From Okamejei kenojei (lineage: Eukaryota), in contig CM069140.1 of NCBI GenBank assembly GCA_035221665.1, positions 41,974,001-42,038,000 on the forward strand: a stretch of DNA of 64,000 nt, written 5' to 3'. The notes under the pieces were generated by a model that did no database searches, was not told the origin of the DNA, and saw nothing but the letters and a program-made list of their open reading frames with translations. Positions 24,411 through 37,269 of the stretch are shown here, piece after piece. Position 1 is the first letter of the stretch. Every line of letters starts with the position of its first letter. The position numbers and the translations under genes were made by a program.

Positions 24411-26540
24411 TTTTTGGAATTGCACCCAAGAATGAATCACTGCCTTCAGGGTGGAAGTGAAATTTGGATTATGAAAAACATCATATGAATGAGAAATTGT
24501 TAAATTCAAATTCTGTTTTTTTTTAATGTTGTCTGTGAATGTGTATATTATACTTTATAAAATATCAGCCTGCTCTGACTCATGAGGAAATTACAGTGCA
24601 GCTTAAAATAAGAAGCTAAATCTACTTCATTTCCAATTAAAATTAAAATATTAAACATGTGATTGTATACTTAGTAGAAAATCATAAAATGGAGGTCAGT
24701 AATATTACGTATCTGTTTTTAGTAAAATTTGATCAAGATTTTGCATTATATCAAAATAAATCTCCTTAGATAGTTTTTAAAACATAAACATCAGATTTGT
24801 GAAACTTTTTTAAAAATTCTACAGGAATCTACAATTTAATATTCAGGCTTTTATTTCTACATGAGCTGCAGAAAAAAAGTTTGGGGATTTGACAGGATTT
24901 TTTTCCTCGGTTCTGTTGTATGTAATTAGATCCTGCAGGACATTCCAAGCCCCTAGAGAACTTTTAGTAAGGAACGTTAATCCTCTAACTCAACCATTTC
25001 TACTTGCCAAAGGATAAGGGATAATGGAGTCATTTGGTTAAACTTTCTGCATACAGAGTTCTGCTTTCAGATGGCAATGAGACAAAAAATAAATACAGGA
25101 ACAGCAGTTGTAGTGTGAAATCTGTTTATGTGGAACAGATGGAAGAGAATAAGGAAATGCAGAAATGTGAGAAACGCTTGGAGCGATCTCCACATGAGGG
25201 CTACAGTGAGATACAGAGTCAGAACAAATCCTGGAAAATAAATCTGAGAACTGACAGTGGAAGGGCAGTAAATCAAAACAGGAATGAAAACTGAACTGCA
25301 TTTTTCTCAGTGGGAGAGGAGGACTGCAGTTTTCATTTATTTCAGAATAAAGTATAACTAAAGGGCAGCTAAAAGAAGACACAGTTCATTCAACTCAATG
25401 CAAGCTCAGACATCCACAAATCCTACTCATGTGTCAAATAAACATATAGATTCATGCATAAATCCATGGAAGAGAACCATATGACCAGACACAACATACA
25501 ATGATGCATCCATAATTCACTATACAACCAGACTCGTACCAGTTACACATTTTCAAATTTAACACTGATAAAAATGTACCCACACATTGTGACATACCTT
25601 TTAATGCATGCACATTCGTCACTTGGTTGCACATGCGATTACTCATGCTTGTACTGGTAAATCATATCTAAACATATATGCGCACAGCTTTTAAATGTAA
25701 ACCCATTGCACCCTCACAAGATAAACATACCACACTTATGTATGTACGATTTACAAAACAAAATGCCACACACATGCCCACGCCATTTTCAGATCCGCAA
25801 AGTCGTTGTAGGGAAAGGAAGAAAAAATAGGTCCAATTATTGGGGAATTGTCAGTGTGCCAAACAAAAATGGCTTCTTCCTTCTCTTTTGACAGTGTTCT
25901 TGCTGTCCCATTCTCAGGTCCAGACTCATTGTACTATGTAGTGTGCCTAACAATAGCTTGGAAAGGTCTGTGCCACTGCTATTCTGTAATGGTCAAATGA
26001 GTAGGGGTGGTTTTGGATGGCTTGTCCTTTGACTTTCCCTGTGCAAATGAGCTTTCCTTTTGTTCAATGGGTCTTGACAGTGAAATGGTACACATCTGGT
26101 GTTGATGATCAATGTCAGTTTCCTCTTACTACCTGGATGTTGTTTTACAGCTAGTCATTCAACTGTCTGTACTAAAATGGACCGCAACAATCATAAACTG
26201 GAAACTCTTATATATTACTTATAATGTTCCCTTTTCATCATTCTTGCTCACAACAAAGAAAATGATAACTACTTACCAAGGAAACGTGTGCGATATCCTA
26301 CCATGAGGGATACAAAGGTAAAGTCAATTTACGCAATGATGCACTGCCATGGGAAGCTTGTTGAATTGGTGGTTAGATGTGTTCAATATCCTGTGCCCTT
26401 TTAGAAACAATTTGGAGATACAGGAGTTAGTGAGCAGAAGTGTTGTCAAGAACACACCTGAGTTCTGGAGAACCGGAGAAGTTATAAAAACAAAGAGAAC
26501 AATGGGCAAACTACAGGGCTGAGCATTAAAACCATCATTA

Positions 26541-27215
26541 ATGGTATTGGTTTATTTTTGTCATGTATACCGAGATACAGTGAAAAACTTTGTTTGCATG
26601 CTATCAAGTCAAATCATACTATACATGAGTACAGCCAAGTCATACACAGGTACAACAGGTAGTGCAAAGCGAAAAATACCTGAGTGCAGAATATAATGTT
26701 ACAGCATTATGACGTTACATTACAGAGAAAGAAATCCAAGGTTTGCAACGAGGTACTGTAGGTTGGAAGATAAGGACTAGACACCAACTTATGGGAGGTC
26801 TATTCAGCAATGAGATAGCAGCAGGGAATGAGCTATACCTGAATCTGTTGGCATTTGTTTCAATCTTCTGTATCTTCCGATGGGAGAGGGGAGAAGATGG
26901 AATGATTGGGGTGAAAAAGATCCTTAATTATATTGCTCTTTTCCCAAGGCAGCATGAGGTGTAGACTCATTTGTTTGGGGGGGAGGGGTGGGGGGTGAGG
27001 CTAGCTTGTGTGATGGACTGGTCTATACCCACAACTCTGCAGTTTCTTGCAGTATTGGATAAAGCCATTGCCAAACCAAGAAGTCTTGCATCCCAAATAG
27101 GATGTTTTCTACAGTGTATCTGTAGACGTTTCTTGGAGATATGCCAAACGTCCTTAGTCTTCTGAGGAAGTAGAGGCATTGGTGTGCCATATTGGCTGTA
27201 GACTCAATGTAGGAG
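26541..27215 (-). mobile_element. Rex1/Babar-clade LINE 3' fragment
   Basis: AHQCLYFLRRLRTFGISPR..YRYTVENIL matches the Rex1-type QRLYFLRRLRKFG motif. 3' end GTATACATGACAAAAATAAACCAATACC. Confidence 0.8.
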
Positions 27216-27462
27216 CGAAACTGTAGTAATAACATTACATACTATTTTCTTTGCCTAGCCATTTTGGGAGGATGAATGACAGCAGGATTGTGCCACCTTC
27301 CTGTGGTCAGCAAAAGGTCATCCAAGTCTTCCAGATTAACTCTGGGTCAGGATCCCTCTCAATGTCCTTTATTCTGTTTTTGTTCAGAGCCAGAGAGTCC
27401 CAGGAGAATGAGATAGGCACTGGCCCTGCACTGAGAGGGGAAGTGAGAAGGAAAATCTTTCA

Positions 27463-27810
27463 AAGAGTCATAGAGAGACACAGCACAGACACAGATCCCT
27501 TGGCCCACTGAGTCTGCTCCAACCATCAACTGCCCATTTTGGTACCAATCGTATGCCAATCCAATGTATTCTCCCCTCATTCTCATCAACTCGTCTGCAT
27601 TCTACCTCTCACCTACACACAAGGGGATTTACAGTGGCCAGGTAATCTCCCAAGTAATCTAACAACCGCACGATTGTGGGAAGTGGGAGGACATCGGAGC
27701 ATCCAGGGGAAACCCACAGGGTGAATGTGCAAATCTACACAAACATCATTGCAGATAAGGGTTGCCGGATCCTTGAGACGACGGCTCTGCTAGCTGCACC
27801 ACAGGGCCCC
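27463..27810 (-). mobile_element. Older HE1-like SINE
   Basis: Minus strand: tRNA-like head, CTCCGATGTCCTCCCACTTCCCAC core and GGGCCAAGGGATCTGTGTC tail. Confidence 0.7.
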
Positions 27811-27824
27811 CACAAGTTGCTCCC

Positions 27825-28050
27825 TAGAAATTTCATTCAGCAGATGGTGGGTTTATGGAAGAACTGATGGAGGAGGTAGATCAGTTGGGTACAGTAACAA
27901 CATTTAAAAGACATTTGGGTGCACGGATAGGAAAGATTCAGGGCGATATGAGACAAATGTCGGCAAATGGGACTAGGTTAAATTGGGCATCTTTGTTGGG
28001 CCAGTGTTGGGCCAGAGTTGGGCCAAAGGGCCTAGGCTGTATTACTTTAA
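27825..28050 (+). mobile_element. Old CR1 3' fragment
   Basis: EEVDQLGTVTTFKRHL (EEVVEAGTxxTFKRxL-like) plus a TGGGCCAAAGGGCCT tail. Confidence 0.7.
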
Positions 28051-28097
28051 TATTGTTGTATAGAGTAATATTATACTATACATATAGAATGTATGTG

Positions 28098-28940
28098 AGT
28101 TGGTAGATGCAGTTTAATGTGGATAAATGTGAGGTTATCCACTTTGGTGGTAAAAACAGGAAGGTAGATTATGATCTAAATGGTGTCAAGTTGGGGAAAG
28201 GGGATGTACAACGGGATCTGAGGGTCCTTGTTCATCAATCACTGAGATTATGCATGCAGATACAGCAGGCAGTGAAGAAAGCGAATGGCATGTTGGCCTT
28301 CATAACAAGAGGATTTGAGTATAGGAGCAAAGAGGTACTTCTGCAGTTGTACAGGGCCCTAGTGAAACCACACCTGGAGTATTGTGTGCAGTTTTGGTCT
28401 CCAAATTTGAGAAAGGACATTCTTGCTATTGAGGGAGTGCAGTGTAGGTTCACAAGGTTAATTCCCGGGATGGCGGGAATGTCATATGTTGATAGAATGG
28501 AGCGGCTGGACTTGTATACTCTGGAATTTAGAAGGATGAGAGAGGATCTTATTGAAACATATAAGATTATTCAGGGTTTGAACATGCTAGAGGCAGAAAA
28601 CATGTTCCTGATGTTGGGGGAGTCCAGAACCAGGGGCCACAGTTTAAGAATAAGGGGTAAGCCATTTAGAACTGAGACGAGGAAAAACTTATTCACACAG
28701 AGAGTTGTGAGTCTGTGGAATTTTCTGCCTCAGAAGGCGTTGGAGGCCAGTTCTCTTGATGCTTTCAAGAGAGAGTTAGATAGAGCTCTTTCAGATAGCG
28801 GAGTCACGGGATATGGGGAGAAGGCAGGAACAGGGGAGTGTTTGTGGATGATCAGCCATGATCACATTGAATGGCGGTGCTGGCTCGAAGAGCCGAATGG
28901 CCTACTCCTGCACCTATTGTCTATTGCCTATTGTTTATTG
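28098..28940 (+). mobile_element. CR1 LINE, 5'-truncated, RT C-terminal ORF from 28107
   Basis: MQFNVDKCEVIHFG...LVKPHLEYCVQFWSP...FTQRVVSLWN...GYGEKAGTG, with a (CTATTGT)n tail. The native stop is lost, so the ORF runs on to 29018. Confidence 0.95.
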
Positions 28941-29654
28941 TGTTACTCTAGAATTCCAGGATGTGTTACTTTAATAACTCTAATGACTCAAATTGCTATT
29001 ATAAATGGTTTTGTTTAATGATTCATTTTTTTACGTTTCCTTATGTCTCAGCTGGACATAAAGTGTATTCTTGGTTATAATGGACATTGGTTATATTAAG
29101 GCATAGGTAAAAAGGCAAAAGGGCAAGACTTTCCTTTTTAAGTATGTAGTATGGGTCTGTTTCATGTTAATATTCAATACAACTAATGGCTGATATTCTG
29201 ACTTTCGTATGCTTCACATTTACAAACAGTGATGAATTTCGCTTCTATTGTTTCTTGGTTGCAAAGTTTCCCTTGCACTGGCTTTGTTCACTAAGGAATG
29301 CTGAGAATAGCAACTTTTGTAAGGACGACTGCAACAATAACTTCCTGGTGCAAAAGAAACACAGCATTTCCATCATTTGCTTTGTAAAGGTCCTGCTTGG
29401 AAAGTGTTGCACCTGGGAAATAACTCTCCAATCTGCCTAAGTTATTTAACGTACTCTAAAAATAGATGTTCTTGCTGGAACTTGTTAAAGTCTTGTGAAT
29501 GACTAAATGCAAAGTGCCCAGGTGTGAGCAACATCCAAAATACCAGATGGAAACACCAATTTTTGCTTTTTAATGTAGGTCCTTTCCATTTTAGAAAGAA
29601 GTTTTTAGCTATCTATTTCGGGACCCTATCAAAATGTCATTACTTTGAGGAGTG

Positions 29655-29760
29655 TTGTTTACAGTGTACTATGTTTACACATTCCGTTGTGTTGCTGCAA
29701 GTAAGAATTTCATTATTCTATGTGGGACATAGGGCAATAAAACACTCTTGGCTTTTGAGA
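29655..29760 (+). mobile_element. Rex1-type LINE/SINE 3' tail
   Basis: GCTGCAAGTAAGAATTTCATT...GGACATAGGGCAATAAAACACTCTTG, similar to the tails at 42960-43050 and 20355-20420. Confidence 0.5.
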
Positions 29761-31019
29761 GTGTGGCCTCCACAAAGTTCAGATGAGATGCTAGCATAAT
29801 AGCACACAGATGAGAAAGAAAGTCAGAGAAGCCCACAGGCTCTTAAGCTGTGTGGAGTTTATTGCACACAGTCCATTGCTAATTTCCCTTTCCACTGGTT
29901 GAGCCCTGAGAATTGATACCTCTGCCTGCCGCCCCTGTTTCGGGGGATGCAACAGGACTGATGATTTAAAGAACTGCAGAAAACAACAGACAAAATGGGA
30001 GAGAAAAAAGTGCTTCCTGTTCTGGCTTTCCAGTCTGGGCACAGCTTGAAGTCAGCTCCACTCCTGATATGAATCCCACCTTACATAGTAACAAGTTTAA
30101 TTCACCAGCTGCACAAATCGCATTGGTCTTTCTCTTCACAGTCTGCTCAGTCCCAGACTCCAGAGGGATGATCGTTCTGAAGACAGTTTGTCGAAACAAA
30201 GCTGGACCTGGCCACGTTTAAGCATAAAATTATATTTCAAAAATGTATTTCCATTGATTTTCATTATGTGAAAGTCCTGTTGCCGGCAAAAAACTTTCTT
30301 GGCAAGATATTGACACATTTAGCAGAATACAATGTTGATGCATTGAGCTCCTGTGGCGGCTGCAAAGTTTCCAAGGGGTCATTACTCAAATTTTTGTCTC
30401 CCCTCACATGTGTAAAAAGTTCACAGTTTTATATTGCAAAGAGGCCTCCCGAACAGCTCCACGACAGAGTGAAAAGTGCACACAAATTTAATACAGTAAT
30501 TTTTTTGTCAATTGAAACTTGACAGTCATTTAATTTGACGGATGTTAAATAAGAAAAAGAGACAGAGGTAAAATATCTCAGCTGAACAAGAAAATAACAA
30601 AGGACTGCTGATTTGGTTAAAACAAAACAGCAAGTCAAATAAAAATAGAAAAGTGAAAAAATGCAGACATTTTCCCTGCTGTCTTCATGACTCTTTGATA
30701 ACTCCCAGATTAAGGAGGCTGGGTGGGGGTGGTGGGACTGTGCAAGAGATATTTACTGGCTCTGCCGACACAGTGTATGAAGCTGTTGGTAGGAGCAGTT
30801 TTGGCAGCGGTGTTGCATTGACCTCTGTTCCGTTTTTTTCTACTTCTGGATATACACTTGTCCTGCACAATCTACTTCCATCACTACATTACATCTTATT
30901 TCAAATTGTCTGATTGTGAATCGCTTTAGGATGTCCTGAGTTCAAGAACATTACAGTGCCCAGACTTTGCCTGGGCTATCAACATGCTCTGAGTGCAAAG
31001 CCATACACGTTACAGTCTT

Positions 31020-31214
31020 GTGTAGGAAGGAACTGCAGATGCTGGTTTAAGCCGAAGATAAACACAAAATGCTGGAGTAACTCAGCGGGACAGGCAGCAT
31101 CTCTGGAGAGAAGGAATGGGTGACATTTCGGGTCGAGATGTCTGAAGAAGGGTCTCGACCCGAAACATCACCCATTCCTTCTATCCAAAGATGCTTCCTG
31201 TCCCACTGAGTTAC
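31020..31214. mobile_element. PLE-derived head-to-head inverted pLTR element with flanking duplication
   Basis: Left arm 31076-31138 is the reverse complement of the right arm 31154-31214. GTTACAGTCTT is repeated at 31009-31019 and 31210-31220. Confidence 0.85.
31140..31173 (+). ncRNA. Minimal hammerhead-ribozyme-like motif (PLE type; probably decayed)
   Basis: CUGAAGA (31142-31148), an extra A, stem II GGGU-cucg-ACCC, GAAA (31162-31165), then CA-UC. The palindromic ACGU has decayed to ACAU and helix I is only ~2 bp. Confidence 0.5.
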
Positions 31215-31379
31215 AGTCTTTCACTTTATCCCTTAACACAATGGCCATTGAATTTAAAAAAAATTGAAGGAACAGTTATAAATGTTTCCCTCAGGCATTG
31301 TGGACTTTTGGTACCAAAGGGTGTTTGATATTTAGCATGAGCAAGGTTGGCCAAGAGACATTTGTAGGCATAAGAGTCT

Positions 31380-31700
31380 ACGATAATAAGAAGAGAGAAA
31401 CTGTATTCATTGATGGAAGGGTCAAGAACTGGAATGAAGGCAGTTGATAAAAGAAACAAAAGTAATGTGAAAGAATTGTTTTACTCATCAAGTGGTTAGT
31501 GTCAGGAATGTGCTGCTATCATCAGAGGTACATGCACTGTACTGTTTGAAGTGGAGCTGGATAAGTATCTAACGGAAACAAATGTGCAGGGCAAAGGGAA
31601 GGGGATAAAGGAGTGTGATTAACTGAATTGCTCTTAAATACAACTGTTGCAGACTTGATGGGTCAAATGGCTCCCCTTCTGTGCTGTAAACATTCTGTGA
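31380..31700 (+). mobile_element. Old CR1 3' fragment
   Basis: TTTTACTCATCAAGTGGTTAGTGTCAGGAAT (FTxRVVxxWN-like) and a GATGGGTCAAATGGCTCC tail. Confidence 0.55.
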
Positions 31701-31737
31701 TTTTGTGCCTCAGAGGGTTGTGCCTTATTTCATTCTG

Positions 31738-32026
31738 GGTGGCACTGTGGCGCTGTAGTAGAGTTGCTGCCTCATGCCAGAGACCCGGATTTGATATATT
31801 GACTACGGGTGCTGTCTGAATGGAGTCTTATGTTCTCCCTTTGACCACGTGGGGTTTCCCACACTTCAAAGATGTACAGGTTTGTAGATTAATTGGCTTT
31901 GGTAAAAATTGTAAATTTCCACTAGTGTGTAGGATAGTGCTAGTGTATGGGGATGATGGGCCGGTGCGGACTCGGTGGGCCAAAGGGCCTGTTTCCACGC
32001 TATATCTCTAAACTAAATTAAACTAA
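31738..32026 (+). mobile_element. HE1-like SINE
   Basis: GGGTGGCACTGTGGCGC head, V-type core, GGGCCAAAGGGCCTGTTTCC and (TAAAC) tail. Confidence 0.88.
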
Positions 32027-32934
32027 TTTCATCAGATGAACGTTGGTACCAGCGGTTGCCTCGGTGTAAAAGATCAAGTTGAACTCTGGAGACTGCTCTC
32101 AGCTCACATGGCTGGATGAAAACTGCTCTAGTGTAACTTTGTGTATTTGTTTCCTTTTGGTCAAACAAGTTAGGTCACACATTGCACACAACCAGAGGAG
32201 GGAAAATATATATTTTTCTCAGTTACTTTCTTTTCTTGAAACAGTAACGTAGGTACTGAGTGGGAAATGACCAACAGTGCTCCCTCAGTCTGCCACTGAT
32301 TCGTCATCCAGGGATATGCTCAGTTACTGTATCACTGTAATACATAATGCAACTATTTAACTCTTTGCGCTACACCTTTGAGTTAAAGAGCAGTCAGTTT
32401 AGTCTAATACCTTCGCACCACATTTATTTCATTAACTCTGCAATAATTTTTCTTCTCCGAGTGTTTATCGCATTCCCTTTTGAAAGATATTATGTGGATG
32501 CTACAAACATAATTAACAGGAAATTGGTATGTTGCTGGCAGTGCACTGAACTTGCGTGGGTTTCATGTGCAATCCGATGCCCACAGATGTTTTCAGAGTC
32601 TATTGACAATTATTTTACATCTTCATAATAAGAAATGAAATTTAAAACCCTTATTGGAAATAAGAACAGGTTTCAATAAAAGAGATTACGATGCTATTGG
32701 ATTATGATAATGCCACAACTGTTTCATTAATATCCCTAAAGGAAGAAAAGCTACAGTTCTATCCTTTATGCAACTCCAATCCCATAACATTGAAATTGGT
32801 TCTTGTGCATCTATGAAGTGACCTCTAGGTTAAGAAAAATTAGAGCAAATAAATGCTAGCCTTGTCACCAATGGCCATCATGAAGATGTATTTTTTAAAG
32901 ATATCCAACTGCGGGCTTCATGTTCATATAAATT

Positions 32935-33145
32935 CATTAGTTCATAAGTTCATCACTGACGGGAGCAGCATTAGGTCCATCAGCCCATCAAAGCTACTCC
33001 ACCATTCAATCATGGCTGATCGATCTTTCCCGCTTCTCCCCATTCTCCTGCCTTCTCTCCTTAACCCCTGCACCTATACTAATTAAGTAGCTATCTATCT
33101 ATCTAGTCTTAAAAATATCCATTGACTAGGCCTCCACGGCCTTCA
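32935..33145 (-). mobile_element. CR1 3' terminal fragment
   Basis: Reverse complement of the GTGGAGGCC...GATCAGCCATGATTGAATGG...TTATGAAC end. Confidence 0.8.
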
Positions 33146-33154
33146 TCCCAGGAT

Positions 33155-33400
33155 GGTGCTCAGTTCAGGGCTGAGGGAGCACTGAATCACCAAAAGCACC
33201 GTCTCCGGGATGAGACAATAAACTGGCTACTGCCTACTCAGGTGGAAGTACCTGTGTTACTGTTTGAAAAGGAGAAAGCATGCTTATTCTCTGTCTGATA
33301 TTTATGAGATTAAATTTACTGCTACTTATACTGTAAAAGTAATGAATTAGTTGTAAAGTATTATGAGGCATCCCAAAGTCAGGAATGACATTTGGTGCCT
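33155..33400 (+). mobile_element. Degenerate Deu-domain SINE
   Basis: CTGAGGGAGCACTG...CGTCTCCGGGATGAGACAATAAAC...CTCAGGTGGA resembles the Deu core. L2-like tail TTGTAAAGTATTATGAGGCATCC. Confidence 0.5.
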
Positions 33401-35221
33401 AATAGATGAATGTACACATGTATTTTGCAGCAGGGGTTATAAGTTACAGAAAAGAAGTGGGATGTTGCTCATCGATTCTCATTGTAATATTTTTTAAATT
33501 AATTCTACATTTCCTCCCAGTTTAAGAAAAATGGAAAAACTGGGAAACCTAACCAACATTAAGCAAAATGCTAATCCCCAATCTTGATCCATTGCATAGT
33601 CGTCTAGGGTTCTGACACCAAGTCCATGAGTTACAATGAAATTAATCTGGTCTTGATCCAAATTTATGTCTGTCCATTTCCCTTCACAAATGCTGCCTGA
33701 CCCCACTGACTTCCTCTGGCACTTTTCCTTTTCTTTCAAAATTATAGAGCACTTCTGTGTGTTATTATAGTAAAATTATGTGTATTTCAAAAGCTTATAA
33801 ATTTTACATCTCAAATACACTGATAAATACACTGATATATTTATTTTCAGTTGATAATACCACTTCTTATGACAGGTAAAAACTATATATTTTGCGTTTC
33901 ATTTGTGTATTTTATTATCTCAACACTGTGAAATAAAAGTTTAACTATTGTGCAGCAATAATCCCTAATATTAATCTGTGGCAACAACAGTAATTATTCC
34001 TCAGTTAAACAGACAGGTGGCAGCATGTGTGTTAGTGCATGTAAATTTTGATTTGCTACCAACATTATCTGTGAAATCAATCACAAACCTACAAAGCATA
34101 ATACTAATGCTGCTGGGGATGGCGTATATCATTAAAGGTGGAATTATCCAAGGTTTCTGATTGCAGAATAAACGCAGTCTCATCAAATATTGGAGGCACT
34201 TGTGCTTTGAGAAGGTGTGTGAGGAGGTTGCTGAGAAGTTGAAAAGTTCACTTCAAATCATGGAGGCCAGCTGAATGGCATTGCCATCATGAGGAGATTA
34301 GAAAACATTGAGTCACTAATGGTCACAAGTGAAACAATTGCTATTTGCAACTTCTGAAGAAAAATAAAAGAGAGCATACACAGTTACTGCTTACTGTGGT
34401 GGAAACGATCCTGGAACATAACTACATTGTGGTTTCCATAGTAGCAGGGGTATCAGGCAAATCACTTTATAACGGTATAAATGCAGCATTATATGACAGG
34501 CTTAATGCAATCCAATCCTCCTGCCCTTCAAATGACTGCACTTCCCTGGAAAGTTCAGTTAACCCTTTGCCATGCACTCCCAAGACATTTTAAATTTCAA
34601 TTTTAATAGAAATAGTTCACTTAAATTACACTACCAACAATTAACTGAACTGCAATTAACACAATTTTTCACTATAAATCGCTGTGAATTTAAACTTAGT
34701 TCTACTACTGAGTAAAGTGAATTGATATGCCAAGTATTTCTTTAAATATCAAGTTTTAGCTGGGCCGAGGAATTTTAATAGATTTTCATATAAATTATTT
34801 AAATTGATTTGACTTTAGTTTAATTCTGCTGCCTTACATTGCCAGTTTTCTGTGATGAAATGTACAGTAGATGGGGACCATTGGGACAAAGCATTGCAAA
34901 TACCTTCCGTCTTCTGTTTGTGGTAACACAGCACCAGACACTGTACCGATATTCATTAAATTTGGAGGGGGGGGGGAGGTCTTCCTTTATGTATAATACA
35001 TGGGAAAATTGAATAAACTGTCTTGTTAACCATAGGAAATTAGAATATTTATAATAATTCTAACTTGTGGGTCAGACAGTTCTGTAAGCTGGGTATTCAA
35101 AGTATCACTGGTTGCTGCAGGGCTTTTCTCAGACCTGTACTGATGCATTTCAATGTGTTCATTCAATTATTCAATAGTAATAAGCATCAGCTAACTTGTC
35201 AAATTTTTAACACTTTAAATA

Positions 35222-36151
35222 AATCTCACATATCCAAACAAATCCCACTCTTTTTAACAGAATAATCCAAAGTAAAGTTTAACTGATTAGGTTTTCGCCC
35301 ATATCATATTTGGATTTCCTGCAGAGCAAATGGAACTGAAGCTGTAAATCTGAAATACAAACAGAATGAGCTGGAAATGCTCTGCAGGTTAGGCAGCATC
35401 TGTGGCAAGAGAAATTGACTTTACATTTCAACTCAACGGTCTTTCAACTGAACTCAACTCTGATAAAATACATTTTTTAAGTCCATTGATTGGAAATGTT
35501 AATTTTGTTTCAATCTCAATAAAATGTTGTTAGATCTGCTGAGTATGTGTGTGTTTTTATCTCGTTAAAGTAAACATAGGGATTGATAACTGTAATGAAT
35601 CAATAGCTCCATGACCATGAGACCATGAACAGAACGCAACATGTATTTTATTCATTTAACAATTTCTGTGTACCCAAAGGTCTGTGAGCGCAGATGTTCC
35701 ACCAATTGCACATTAAGATTGCATTATTTTAATTTTGAGTATGTCAACAGTTATGTAAAAATGATTTTATTCTGAACAACAACGGAAAAAATCATAGAAT
35801 ATGAATTTGAATCGCAGTAGGCCAAAGGGTAATTAGGTCAGGAATTTTCACAAGTGTTATGCTTCTGCCTCTCCAGTGATTTGGTGACTCAGAGGACCAG
35901 AATTGTGCCGTCGGCCACAGAAACCAGTTTCATATTTGGTCCCTGGTTACTGATATTCAACACAAATTAGATACAAAATATGGATGGATTTAAATATATG
36001 TATTCCCAATGGTTTAATTTCCAGTTACGTTAAATAATAAAAATTATTATCAATCACACATATCCAAACAAATCCCACTCTTTTTAACAGAATAATGCAA
36101 AGTAAAGTATTACTGATTAGGTTTCCGCCCATATCATATTTGGATTTCCTG
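35222..36151 (+). repeat. 100-bp direct repeat pair (35222-35321 and 36052-36151)
   Basis: 95 of 100 positions identical by eye, no indels, offset 830 bp. Confidence 0.93.
35335..35565. mobile_element. Old PLE-derived inverted element
   Basis: GCTGGAAATGCTCTGCAGGTTAGGCAGCATCTGTGG...GATCTGCTGAGTAT architecture. Confidence 0.5.
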
Positions 36152-36577
36152 ATTGAAAATTCACTGTATAATAAGAACCTAGTCAAAGGTAGTAAACATA
36201 CATTCAAAATCGAAGGATTCTACCTGATTCACTTCCTCAAGTTCATTGACAAAGTGGCAGTTCAAGTGGTGGACCATAAGTATAATTATGTGATCTAAGC
36301 AGACTTCCCATATGTATTAGATACATTTTCACATCAAAGTTTATTGACTAAAAATCCACTCGTACAGTGCAATATTTTTGTGCACTATGGTGAATTTAAT
36401 CTCTCATGTGTGTAGTAGTTTATAACTCTTCAATTCAACCCATGTCATCTGTGCACATGATGTATTTACATGTGAAGTCCACAGGACAAATCCAATTATA
36501 TCAAGTGGTGCATTTTGACATGTTTTTTTTCGCTGCGTTTGAGGTTATTGGCCACTTCTATAAATGTAGGCCTCAAT

Positions 36578-36896
36578 GGGCGGCCACGGTGGCGCAGCGG
36601 TAGAGTTGATGTCTTACAGCGCTTTGCAGCACCGGAAACCCGGGTTCGATCCTGACTAAGGGGTGTTGTCTGTACGGAGTCCGTACGTTCTCCCCGTAAC
36701 TGCATGGGTTTTCTCCAGTTCTTTCTGTTTTCTCCCACACTCCAAAGACATACAGGTATGTAGGTTAATTGGCTTGGTGTATGTGTAAAATTGTCCCTAG
36801 TGTGTATAGGATAGTGTTAATGTACGGGGATCGTGGGTCGGTGCGGATTCGGTGGGGCGAAGGGCCTGTTTCGGCGCTGTATCTCCAAACTAAACT
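36578..36896 (+). mobile_element. Full-length HE1-like SINE with intact Pol III boxes
   Basis: A box TGGCGCAGCGG (36590-36600), B box GGTTCGATCC (36643-36652), V-type core and CR1-like tail. Confidence 0.93.
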
Positions 36897-37269
36897 GCAG
36901 AGTTGATGTCTGCTTTTGCTCACATTAAAGCAGAGTTACCTTTATCTGTAGCTGGTATGGTGTAGAAGGTATTTGATGTCTTATTGGCAGTGGGGGGTGA
37001 GTGGGGGTGGAGGGGGTCAGTAAATGGCTTCCTTGGAATTCACTTCCACTAATCCCCATCTTACTGCCTATATCTTTGGGGACTCTTCTCACTTGTTAGG
37101 TCCTATATACTAGAGGCCCTCTTTTATCAATCATTATAAAGTGCCCCCTACACTCTAAATATCCTGCCCACTGCTCTTTTTTCACTCAACTTCTCCACCA
37201 TAGTGGAAAAATTACTTGACTTCCTCCACCAGCACCATAAAAGTGTGTCTTTACAATATGTGCGAAGCC

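Noticed and set aside
25440-25790. CA-rich segment as a novel element
   Set aside because: It looks like a decayed (CA)n-type low-complexity tract without boundaries.
28107-29018. 303-aa ORF as a domesticated gene
   Set aside because: It is a 5'-truncated CR1 ORF2 C-terminus lacking the catalytic RT core. The extension is read-through into the 3' UTR and tail.
34395-34410. Minus-strand microexon (TTCCAG|GATCGTTTCCACCACA|GTAAGC)
   Set aside because: It is 16 nt (frame-shifting) with a weak pyrimidine tract, which is expected by chance.
36578-36660. tRNA gene
   Set aside because: The A/B boxes belong to a SINE head that continues into core and LINE-like tail, with no acceptor stem. The same applies at 9737, 16794 and 31738.
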